The position numbers and the translations under genes are program-made. Below the pieces are notes generated by a model, which saw nothing but the letters and a program-made list of their open reading frames with translations, searched no databases and was not told the origin of the DNA. This document shows positions 45,728-53,812 of a stretch of DNA of 61,391 nt, one piece after another. The stretch spans positions 1 through 61,391 of the forward strand of contig CALMKH010000147.1 of assembly GCA_937867025.1 (NCBI GenBank), read 5' to 3'. The stretch comes from an uncultured Bacteroidota bacterium (GTDB lineage Bacteria; Bacteroidota; Bacteroidia; NS11-12g; UBA955). Position 1 is the stretch's first letter. Each line of letters starts with the position of its first letter.

Positions 45728-47263
45728 ATGAGGTTTATTTCACTAGTGTGTTTGTGTCTTCTTTCGGTAGCTGCACATGCCCAGAATGAAGCAGATGTCG
45801 TCAGGTATTCCATGCAGGTTCCGGGAAGCACTGCAAGGTCGTACGGGGTTGCAGGAGCATTCGGTTCCATCGGTGCCGATCCTTCATGCGCAGGAATAAA
45901 TCCTGCAGGGCTTGCAAGGTACCGCACCAGCAATTTCTTTTTAAGCACGGGTTTTTATACTGCCAGGAATAAAGCAAATTACCTCAGCACAAGCATCTCT
46001 GACAGCAAATTCAATTTTAATCTGCCGAACCTCGGTTTCATAGCCAATATACGGGGTGAGGATTATGAGTCAAAAAAACCCCAGGGATTTGTCAACTTCG
46101 TATTCGGATTTAACGTCAACCGGCTTAACAACTTTCATAAACGAAGCATTTTCGACGCCAATAACTCATCCAGCAGCATTACGGAAAACTGGGCGGAAAG
46201 GGCAACGGAGACCGGGACTATTCCCGACAATTTTTCAAAGTATTCACTTGAGCATCTCGCCTACAGGGCCTGGGTCATTGATAAAGACACTTCATCTCCC
46301 ACCCCGGCTTATGTCTCTGCGTACGGAAAAAATCCGACCGTTAATGTCAACCAGAGCGGAAGCATACTTACCCGTGGCGCCTTGAATGACTATAATTTTA
46401 GTTTTGCCGGTAATTACAGGCATATCATCCTTGTGGGCATATCGCTGGGCGCCAAAAGTGTGCGGTATATTGAAAACAACAGCTTTATTGAAGAGGATAA
46501 AAAGGTGTCTTCCGTGAGGGATATAAAAAAGGTGACGTTCGAACAATACCTGCGGACAGGCGGCATGGGTTTCAACGCGAAGATTGGTGTTAATGCCGCG
46601 CCGACAGAATACCTCCGCTTAGGATATGCATTCCATTCACCAACAGTGTTCAATCTGACCGATTCATATTCGTACACGATCATGTCAGAATTTGATTTCG
46701 GGGCCATTGACCAGTTCGGGGATGTCAGGCCTAATACAAATGCCAGCACCGACGCCACTATTTACAAATACAAGATCACCACACCGGCAAGGCATGTCTT
46801 TAGCGTGGGGCTTGTAAACAAGGAAATAGGATTTCTTTCGCTTGATATAGAAACCGTCAATTACAGTTCTGCAAATATTATCAGCAAAGACAGGGGCGCT
46901 GATGCATATTCATTCACCAATGAAAACCTGAATATCAAAAAAACACTCAATCCGACTGCGGTGAATTTCAGGCTGGGCGGAGAGGCCATTTATGAGCAAT
47001 ACAGGTTCAGGGCCGGTTATGCAAGATACCCAAGTCCATATAAAGAAGGTGCCGTTCCGGTATTGAAAGACCTGGTGAATAACATATACTCCCTGGGTTT
47101 TGGCATCAAAACAAAGTCATATGCATTTGACGTGGCTTACGTGAATAGCGGGTATGCCGATTATTCCGTTCCGTATACCCTAAAAACCAAAACTACTACT
47201 TACCTTACCAACAATGTGAGGTCAAGCAATATTGTCCTCTCCATGGGTATTTCCCTGGATTAG
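45728..47263 (+). CDS. FadL/PorV-like outer-membrane beta-barrel protein
   Basis: Signal peptide ending AHAQ. The N-terminal VAGAFGSIGADPSCAGINPAGLA resembles the FadL/PorV-clan motif. Amphipathic strands run throughout, with an aromatic-rich C-terminal strand. Confidence 0.6.
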   Translation: MRFISLVCLCLLSVAAHAQNEADVVRYSMQVPGSTARSYGVAGAFGSIGADPSCAGINPAGLARYRTSNFFLSTGFYTARNKANYLSTSISDSKFNFNLPNLGFIANIRGEDYESKKPQGFVNFVFGFNVNRLNNFHKRSIFDANNSSSSITENWAERATETGTIPDNFSKYSLEHLAYRAWVIDKDTSSPTPAYVSAYGKNPTVNVNQSGSILTRGALNDYNFSFAGNYRHIILVGISLGAKSVRYIENNSFIEEDKKVSSVRDIKKVTFEQYLRTGGMGFNAKIGVNAAPTEYLRLGYAFHSPTVFNLTDSYSYTIMSEFDFGAIDQFGDVRPNTNASTDATIYKYKITTPARHVFSVGLVNKEIGFLSLDIETVNYSSANIISKDRGADAYSFTNENLNIKKTLNPTAVNFRLGGEAIYEQYRFRAGYARYPSPYKEGAVPVLKDLVNNIYSLGFGIKTKSYAFDVAYVNSGYADYSVPYTLKTKTTTYLTNNVRSSNIVLSMGISLD

Positions 47264-47360
47264 AGGCAATCCCCGCGCCAGGGATGGAACGGCCTGTCTG
47301 AGCTCCTTTGCCCTAATCAGGGTAAAGAGCGAGTAGTGACAGCCCGGCAGGCGCCCTGAT
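47264..47360 (+). other. GC-rich structured intergenic element (unassigned)
   Basis: About 60% GC, in a genome whose other spacers look AT-rich. Mutually exclusive helices are visible: CCCT(47311-14)/AGGG(47319-22) versus ATCAGGG(47316-22)/CCCTGAT(47354-60). Also GGCAA(47265-69)/TTGCC(47308-12) and TCCC/GGGA (47270-84). It lies upstream of the purM-like promoter box. Confidence 0.25.
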
Positions 47361-47393
47361 CAAATAATTCGTTTTACCTTCATTTTTTCTTAG

Positions 47394-47401
47394 TATTTTT
47401 G
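47394..47401 (+). promoter_or_regulatory. -7 promoter box (TATTTTTG) for the purM-like gene
   Basis: TAnnTTTG match 7 nt upstream of the ATG at 47409. Confidence 0.4.
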
Positions 47402-47408
47402 CGCCTTC

Positions 47409-48581
47409 ATGCGGCCAACAGACAAATACTCGGAAAGAGGAGTTTCTTCACAGAAAGAAGATGTTCACAAAGCCATTGCGCATATAGATAAAGGTTTGTT
47501 CCCACAGGCTTTCTGCAAGGTTATTCCCGATGTGCTTGGAAATGACGAAGCATTTTGCAACATCATACATGCTGATGGAGCCGGGACGAAAAGCAGCCTG
47601 GCGTACCTATACTGGAAAGAAACCGGAGACATGTCTGTATGGCGGGGAATAGCCCAGGATGCCATTGTGATGAATATAGACGACCTCTTATGTGTTGGCG
47701 TAACGGACGGATTGCTCCTGTCGAGCACCATCGGGAGAAACAAAAAGCGCATACCCGGCGAAGTTATTGCAGAAATCATCAGTGGCACTGAAGAGTTTAT
47801 TGAAAACCTTCGGCCCTTCGGCATTCACATATTCAGCGGGGGCGGAGAAACAGCAGATGTAGGCGACCTGGTAAAAACCATCATTGTAGACAGCACTGTA
47901 ACTGCCAGGGCCAGGCGGAGCGATATCATCTCCAATCACAACATACAGCAAGGGGATGTTATTGTAGGACTGGCCAGTGACGGAAAGGCCTCTTATGAAA
48001 AAGAATACAACGCAGGCATGGGCAGCAACGGGCTCACCAGCGCAAGGCACGATGTGTTCCATGCAGTTTACCGCGAAAAATATCCTGAGAGCTACGATGA
48101 CCTGCTCCCGGACGACCTGGCATACACCGGCCGTTTGAAATTAACCGATAAAGTAGAAGGCATTCCGCTTGATGCAGGGAAAATGGTACTGTCGCCAACG
48201 CGCACGTATGCACCGGTGATCAAAACCATCTTGAGTGAATACAGGGAACACATACATGGCATGGTGCATTGCACAGGAGGTGCTCAAACCAAGGTTCTTC
48301 ATTTTGTCAAAGACAATCTGCACATTATAAAAGACAATTTATTCCCTACCCCGGTGCTTTTTAAAACCATACAGGAACAAAGCGGAACCAGCTGGGAAGA
48401 GATGTACAAGGTATTTAACATGGGTCACCGCATGGAACTGTACGTAAAGCCTGATATGGCTGATAATCTGATAAACATTTCTGGGTCGTTCGGCATAGAA
48501 GCCAGGATGATCGGACATGTAGAAGCATCCCCCGTTAAAAAGCTTACTATTAAAGGAGCTCATGGTGAGTTTACCTATTGA
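47409..48581 (+). CDS. purM: AIR synthase-related protein (PurM-like, long Bacteroidota type)
   Basis: N-terminus YSERGVSSQKEDVHKAIAHIDKGLFPQAFCKV and IHADGAGTKS, with PurM N- and C-domain layout. 390 aa, as in the Bacteroidota PurM-type proteins as I recall them. Confidence 0.78.
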   Translation: MRPTDKYSERGVSSQKEDVHKAIAHIDKGLFPQAFCKVIPDVLGNDEAFCNIIHADGAGTKSSLAYLYWKETGDMSVWRGIAQDAIVMNIDDLLCVGVTDGLLLSSTIGRNKKRIPGEVIAEIISGTEEFIENLRPFGIHIFSGGGETADVGDLVKTIIVDSTVTARARRSDIISNHNIQQGDVIVGLASDGKASYEKEYNAGMGSNGLTSARHDVFHAVYREKYPESYDDLLPDDLAYTGRLKLTDKVEGIPLDAGKMVLSPTRTYAPVIKTILSEYREHIHGMVHCTGGAQTKVLHFVKDNLHIIKDNLFPTPVLFKTIQEQSGTSWEEMYKVFNMGHRMELYVKPDMADNLINISGSFGIEARMIGHVEASPVKKLTIKGAHGEFTY

Positions 48582-48689
48582 TCAGCACCCTCTGAAACAG
48601 GCTGTTTTCCCTTTTGCAACACATTTTATGAACCTGGGGAAGTGATATTAGTCAACCCTATCTCATTCCTGCTTTACAACAATAAGAAT

Positions 48690-48697
48690 TATATTTG
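48690..48697 (+). promoter_or_regulatory. -7 promoter box (TATATTTG) for rtcB
   Basis: TAnnTTTG match 19 nt upstream of the ATG at 48717. Confidence 0.4.
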
Positions 48698-48716
48698 AAG
48701 TACGATATCAGGATGT

Positions 48717-50132
48717 ATGACAATCGATACAAAAATATTATTTGATATAGGCTTTACAGAAGGCAAAGTTCTTGGTCTGGTAAAAAAGGTCCTGAAACAT
48801 ATGGACAACGTCCCTGAAGAAGATTTGCTGGCCCTCCTGAAGAAACTGAAGGACTATCCCGAGAATTTTTTGGATGACGAGAAGCTGGGTTACATCGCCT
48901 CTAAAATGATTGAGGAAGCAAATGCGCCGGTGAACAGCGAAATTCCACTTGTCGATGAACCCAGGCCGTATAAAGTGTTTGGTGGCCAATATATAGAGGA
49001 CGGTGCAAAAACACAGATGGATGTGGCCATGAAATTACCCGTAACTGTTGCCGGAGCTCTGATGCCGGATGCCCACCAGGGCTATGGCCTGCCTATCGGC
49101 GGCGTACTTGCTGCCAAAAATGCCGTCATACCCTATGGTGTCGGCGTTGACATAGGCTGCAGGATGGCGCTTTCCATTTTTGATGTACCGGAAACGCACC
49201 TGATACAGCATGAATCGCACTATAAACGTGAACTCATCGCCCACACCAGATTCGGTGCGGGGGAAGGCTTCAAGGGTCAAAACCGCTCTGATCATGCCGT
49301 ACTTGACAGAAAAGAGTTCAACCTCAATCCGTTTATCAAAAACCTCCAGGACAAGGCCTGGTCGCAGCTCGGCACGTCAGGCGGCGGCAACCATTTTGTG
49401 GAATGGGGCATCATTGAATTCGGGCAGAAGGATATTCAGCTGAATATTGAGAAAGGCAGCTATCTCGCCTTACTCACACATTCAGGATCGCGCGGACTGG
49501 GCGCCACTATTGCCGGTTACTACACCAGGCTTGCCAAGGATATTTGCAAACTCCCGCGCGAAGCTGTCAACCTGGCTTATCTCGACCTGAACTCTGAAGC
49601 CGGGCATGAATACTGGATGGCAATGAACCTTGCGGGTGATTATGCATCCGCATGCCATGAGGTCATACATGCCAAACTTGCAAAAGCCATTGGTGCGCCC
49701 TTACTTGGTAAAGTCGAAAACCACCACAACTTTGCATGGAAGGAAATCCTGGACGGGGAAGAAGTCATCGTACACAGGAAAGGAGCCACTCCGGCCGGAG
49801 AAGGTGTTATGGGCATTATTCCCGGTAGCATGACCGCACCGGGATTTCTTGTCAGAGGCAAGGGGGACAGCTCCTCCATACATTCCGCTTCTCACGGTGC
49901 CGGCAGGCAGATGAGCCGGACCAAAGCCATCCAGAGCATCAGCCGTAAAGACATGCAGCAGATACTGAAACAGCACAATGTGTCGTTGATTGGGGCAGGT
50001 CTTGACGAAGCACCTATGGCTTATAAGGATATTCATATGGTGATGAAAGCCCAGAGAGACCTGGTGGATATAGTGGCTAAATTCATCCCCAGGATAGTGC
50101 GTATGGCTGATGACGGAAGCCGCGAGGATTAA
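48717..50132 (+). CDS. rtcB: RNA-splicing ligase RtcB
   Basis: Metal- and GTP-binding signature blocks are present: GVDIGCRM, GGGNHFVE, HSGSRGLG, HHNFAW (guanylylated His region) and SASHGAGR. Confidence 0.93.
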   Translation: MTIDTKILFDIGFTEGKVLGLVKKVLKHMDNVPEEDLLALLKKLKDYPENFLDDEKLGYIASKMIEEANAPVNSEIPLVDEPRPYKVFGGQYIEDGAKTQMDVAMKLPVTVAGALMPDAHQGYGLPIGGVLAAKNAVIPYGVGVDIGCRMALSIFDVPETHLIQHESHYKRELIAHTRFGAGEGFKGQNRSDHAVLDRKEFNLNPFIKNLQDKAWSQLGTSGGGNHFVEWGIIEFGQKDIQLNIEKGSYLALLTHSGSRGLGATIAGYYTRLAKDICKLPREAVNLAYLDLNSEAGHEYWMAMNLAGDYASACHEVIHAKLAKAIGAPLLGKVENHHNFAWKEILDGEEVIVHRKGATPAGEGVMGIIPGSMTAPGFLVRGKGDSSSIHSASHGAGRQMSRTKAIQSISRKDMQQILKQHNVSLIGAGLDEAPMAYKDIHMVMKAQRDLVDIVAKFIPRIVRMADDGSRED

Positions 50133-50242
50133 TGCACTATAATTTTTTGTGCGGATGCAGAATCGTATGCCATTCATCACGCACGATATTCTTACATACC
50201 AAACCTTAGGTATTTTTTAATGAACGACCCTTGCCCCTGCCA

Positions 50243-50267
50243 TTTATTTAGAATAATTCTAAATAAA
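50243..50267. promoter_or_regulatory. Perfect 12-bp-arm palindrome TTTATTTAGAAT-a-ATTCTAAATAAA (candidate operator)
   Basis: Read directly from the sequence. It ends 3 nt before the -7 box at 50271..50278, so it covers the expected -33 region of the LuxR-family gene promoter. Confidence 0.4.
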
Positions 50268-50270
50268 ATG

Positions 50271-50278
50271 TACTTTTG
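50271..50278 (+). promoter_or_regulatory. -7 promoter box (TACTTTTG) for the LuxR-family gene
   Basis: TAnnTTTG match 65 nt upstream of the ATG at 50344. Confidence 0.4.
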
Positions 50279-50343
50279 CATTTTCCCTGTTACTCTCACA
50301 CCGGTGGTGCGGGGAATACCGGGAACAACATACAACAGAACAT

Positions 50344-50955
50344 ATGGAATTTCACCTGCTTGTCAGCAATCTGTTTATTCAGGAAGGCGTCCGCTCTATA
50401 CTTACAAGCAGATTTCCTTCGGCCAATATTAAATTGCTGAAAGGCTTTGACGCATTCACCGCAGATGCCATTCGTGAACACGCCATACTGATCACCAGTG
50501 ATCATTCCATCTTTTACAATTACCAGCCCAAGATCAGGAACCTCATATTAAAGAAACAGATCAAGACCGTCCTGCTGGCCAATACGACGCAGATGGAACA
50601 GCTGAAAGAGAAAGACCTTGATTCGATTCATGCCCTCTTATATACCAATTGTTCGCTGGATGATCTGTATGAAGCGTTGGGCTTTATTCAATCAGGACTT
50701 ACCTACCGCTGCAAGAAACTGACCTCTTCCGCTTCCCCGCGGGAAACGTTTGAAAAACTACTGAACGCACAACAGATCTCATCCCGGGAAATGGAGATCA
50801 TCAAACTTGTGATCGAAGGCCTGACAAGCCATGAAATAGCCGAAAAGCTTCATATCAGTTATTATACTGTCACTACACATCGCAGGAATGTCAATAAAAA
50901 GCTTAACCTGAAAAACCCCCAGGACCTTCTGAGGCTCTCCTTTGAAAACCCTTGA
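50344..50955 (+). CDS. LuxR/FixJ-family transcriptional regulator with an atypical (pseudo-)receiver N-domain
   Basis: C-terminal HTH ISSREMEIIKLVIEGLTSHEIAEKLHISYYTVTTHRRNVNKKL. The N-domain has receiver-like strand/helix periodicity but starts HLLVSNLF, with no acidic DD pair. Confidence 0.8.
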   Translation: MEFHLLVSNLFIQEGVRSILTSRFPSANIKLLKGFDAFTADAIREHAILITSDHSIFYNYQPKIRNLILKKQIKTVLLANTTQMEQLKEKDLDSIHALLYTNCSLDDLYEALGFIQSGLTYRCKKLTSSASPRETFEKLLNAQQISSREMEIIKLVIEGLTSHEIAEKLHISYYTVTTHRRNVNKKLNLKNPQDLLRLSFENP

Positions 50956-51109
50956 GTACAAATCCGAAAGCTGGGTTCATGAACTACAGGAATCCCGCAG
51001 ATGCTTTATTCGACGGAACAGCATGATTCAGGACCAATCCGGTATCATTTTCGAAATAAAAGACTAAATTGCACCCCGTTTTAGTGCCAATTAACACCCT
51101 CAACAACAC

Positions 51110-52174
51110 ATGAACAGATTATTCACACTTCTTGTTTTTTCATTTCTTTGCGTTCAGGCATATTCACAGCAAAAAGATTCCGTCAGGGAGATCAACCTCA
51201 AAAATATAAAACAGCTAACCTTCGGAGGTGATAATGCAGAAGCTTATTTCAGCTTTAACGGCAAATCCCTCACGTTCCAGACCAACAATAAAGCATGGGG
51301 ATTAAAATGCGACCAGATATATACCATGGATATCAAAAAGGCCGTTAAGAAAGGGGATGAGTACATGCCGAGGCTTATCAGCACAGGGAAAGGCCGCACC
51401 ACCTGCTCGTATTATATGCCGGGCGACAAGTCCATATTGTTTGCCAGCACGCATCATCATATGGATACCTGCCCTGCTGCAGTGCCTTACAACCCCAAAG
51501 CCAAATATGTGTGGCCGGTATATCCTGAATTTGACATATTTGTTTCCAGCAATAAAGGCAGGCTGAAAAAACAACTGACTGATTCCATGGGATATGATGC
51601 TGAGGCCACTGTAAGTCCCAAAGGCGATAAGATTGTTTTCACAAGCAGCCGCAGCGGCGATCTGGAACTTTGGATCATGAATATTGACGGAAGCGGTTTG
51701 AAACAGGTAACATCCGGATTGGGGTATGACGGCGGTGCATTCTTTTCCCCGGATGGCAGGCAGCTCGTATTCAGGGCTTCCAGGCCCAAAACCCCGGAGG
51801 AGGTCAAGGAATATAAAGATCTGTTGGCTCAGGGACTCGTGGCGCCAACCAATATGGAAATCTATGTGTGTGACACGAATGGCCAGAACCTGCGTCAGGT
51901 CACCAATCTGGGCAAAGCCAACTGGGCGCCCTTTTTTCATCCTTCCGGCAAAAAGATCATATTTTCAAGCAACCACGCCTCAGCAAAAGGGTATGCGTTC
52001 CAGCTGTACATGATAGATATTGACGGAAAAAATCTCACCCAGATTACCACCCAGAGCAATTTCAACGCATTCCCGATGTTTAGTCCTGATGGTAAAAAAC
52101 TGGTGTGGAGCAGTAACAGGAACAACGGTGGCACGCGGGATACCAATTTGTTTATTGCAGATTGGACGGAATAG
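51110..52174 (+). CDS. Periplasmic PD40/TolB-like beta-propeller repeat protein
   Basis: Signal peptide. Repeated PD40-like units are present (ATVSPKGDKIVFTSSRSGDLELW, GAFFSPDGRQLVFRASR, APFFHPSGKKIIFSSN, FPMFSPDGKKLVWSSNRN). Confidence 0.8.
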   Translation: MNRLFTLLVFSFLCVQAYSQQKDSVREINLKNIKQLTFGGDNAEAYFSFNGKSLTFQTNNKAWGLKCDQIYTMDIKKAVKKGDEYMPRLISTGKGRTTCSYYMPGDKSILFASTHHHMDTCPAAVPYNPKAKYVWPVYPEFDIFVSSNKGRLKKQLTDSMGYDAEATVSPKGDKIVFTSSRSGDLELWIMNIDGSGLKQVTSGLGYDGGAFFSPDGRQLVFRASRPKTPEEVKEYKDLLAQGLVAPTNMEIYVCDTNGQNLRQVTNLGKANWAPFFHPSGKKIIFSSNHASAKGYAFQLYMIDIDGKNLTQITTQSNFNAFPMFSPDGKKLVWSSNRNNGGTRDTNLFIADWTE

Positions 52175-52455
52175 AAAGCGATATAAGTCATGACCATGTA
52201 CGATGTATCATGGTGGATTTACACATTACAAATAGGTTTCCCAGCCCTGAAAGGGCGAAATACTTTCCCATTTTCATATACGATCATTGAATGATTGCGG
52301 GATGAGGGAGGCTGCCTCTCCCTTTCCAGCTATAAATTATCAGTATCTTGGAATTTTGATGCATTCACTGATATTTTTGCTTTTATGTCAAAAATAAAAT
52401 CGGGCTTATCCTGGAATTCCTACAGGACCGGGTTATTGTGATTAAGGAACATATT

Positions 52456-52725
52456 ATGAGCAATCCACACCTGAATATGCTTAAGGAAATGCTGGTAGCG
52501 GGAGGAATTCTGCTCACCTTGTGGTTTGACAAAAATCCATGGATCTTGTGTTTCTTCATGCTTGCCTTAAAACAAATACAGGATTACCAGGTGAGGAAAA
52601 GCACAGATGAAAGTCTTCGGCTCAACGCCATGCCCCGCAAGGTGAGAATGATACTGGTAGTAGGTTTTTTTATGGTGTTAATCGTAATGGCGTGGAAGGG
52701 TTTCCTATTAACTAAGACCCTATAA
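52456..52725 (+). CDS. Possible small membrane protein (3 hydrophobic segments)
   Basis: The ORF has plausible TM segments (LVAGGILLTLWF, ILCFFMLALK, MILVVGFFMVLIVMAW). Its 3' end overlaps the convergent uppP stop by 6 nt. No homology is recognised, so it could be spurious. Confidence 0.3.
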   Translation: MSNPHLNMLKEMLVAGGILLTLWFDKNPWILCFFMLALKQIQDYQVRKSTDESLRLNAMPRKVRMILVVGFFMVLIVMAWKGFLLTKTL

Positions 52726-53514
52726 AACCGCAAGTATCACCGCTCCGGCAATGATCCGGTACCAGCCGAACGGCTTAAAGCCGAACCTGTTCAATATTCC
52801 TACAAAACTTTTTATAGCAGCCAGGGCCACAATAAAAGCAACAATATTGCCCGTCAGGAACATAACAAGCGTATCCTGGTCATTCATCAGCATCTCATAC
52901 CCTTTCTCTCCTCCCTCCCAGTCTTTCAGGAAAACGGAATATATAGTAACGGCCAGCATGGTGGGAACAGCCAGGAAAAATGAAAATTCAGCGGCCAGTT
53001 TCCTGCTGAGATTTTGTTGCATGCCCCCGATAATGGATGCTGCCGCCCTACTGACACCGGGCATCATGGCCAGGCATTGCCATACGCCAATGGTCACTGC
53101 TTTCGGAACGGATATGTCTTTTTCCTCTTCAATCGGGCCATCCTTAAATATCCTGTCAATAAACAGGAGAAACACTCCGCCAGCCATCATGGTGATGGCA
53201 ATGGGTACAGGTTTCTCAAGCACCTCCTCTATCTTGTCGTCAAACAGGTAACCGAGCACCAGGGCTGGTACGACGGCACAAGCCAGTTTCGCATAAAAAC
53301 CAATGTTCCTGGGATCAAGAAATTTTTTCCAGTACACCACAACAACAGCCAGGATTGCTCCAAACTGTATAGATACCTGGAACATCTTGACAAATTCATC
53401 CTTCTCAATCCCCATGAGGGATGAGGTGAAGATCATATGCGCCGTGGAAGAAATCGGGAGGTACTCTGTCAACCCCTCTACTATGGCAATGATGATAGCC
53501 TCAAAAATGCTCAC
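52720..53514 (-). CDS. uppP: Undecaprenyl-diphosphate phosphatase
   Basis: BacA/UppP motifs EGLTEYLPISSTAH and PGVSRAAASI. 264 aa with about 8 TM helices. Confidence 0.93.
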   Translation of the reverse strand: MSIFEAIIIAIVEGLTEYLPISSTAHMIFTSSLMGIEKDEFVKMFQVSIQFGAILAVVVVYWKKFLDPRNIGFYAKLACAVVPALVLGYLFDDKIEEVLEKPVPIAITMMAGGVFLLFIDRIFKDGPIEEEKDISVPKAVTIGVWQCLAMMPGVSRAAASIIGGMQQNLSRKLAAEFSFFLAVPTMLAVTIYSVFLKDWEGGEKGYEMLMNDQDTLVMFLTGNIVAFIVALAAIKSFVGILNRFGFKPFGWYRIIAGAVILAVL

Positions 53515-53804
53515 TTAACCAGGTTATTATCTTCAGGTCCAACCTGTTTGTTAAGATCTTTTGGGGTATAAAGAATGGAAAAAACGCCCAGCGCAAACCC
53601 AAAAAGTACAATAAGGGGCGCTACCGTGATTTTCATCGGATCGTCGAAAGCCTCTCCTCCGGCCATGCCCATCACCATAAAACCTATAATGATAACTGCC
53701 AGACTGGTAACTAGGAGAATGTAATTCTGCCTTTTGAACACCATGAAATTACTAACGGTCTTTTTTTCCTGTTTTACTTGTTTAGACTTAGTTTGGGTCG
53801 CCAT
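53511..53804 (-). CDS. DUF3098-like small membrane protein
   Basis: 97 aa with two TM helices. Its position between ftsX and uppP is the arrangement I recall for DUF3098 in Bacteroidota. It shares a 4-nt overlap with the uppP start. Confidence 0.6.
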   Translation of the reverse strand: MATQTKSKQVKQEKKTVSNFMVFKRQNYILLVTSLAVIIIGFMVMGMAGGEAFDDPMKITVAPLIVLFGFALGVFSILYTPKDLNKQVGPEDNNLVK

Positions 53805-53812
53805 AATCTTGT

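Noticed and set aside
47264-47360. Naming the GC-rich element as SRP (4.5S) RNA, a ZTP riboswitch or a ykkC/PRPP riboswitch
   Set aside because: Neither strand has the near-invariant SRP motif GGAAGCAGC or a convincing GNRA-capped helix 8. The ZTP 3' motif CCGCCUGGGC is absent. Resemblance to ykkC is only a few short words. The likely promoter box of the downstream gene lies after the element. I kept it only as an unassigned structured element.
50220-50432. 70-aa + strand ORF upstream of and overlapping the LuxR-family gene start
   Set aside because: It spans the palindrome and the -7 box and overlaps the regulator's start in another frame. It has no supporting features.
51302-51940. 212-aa minus-strand ORF inside the PD40-repeat gene
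   Set aside because: It is a shadow ORF. The + strand product shows repeated PD40 motifs and a signal peptide.
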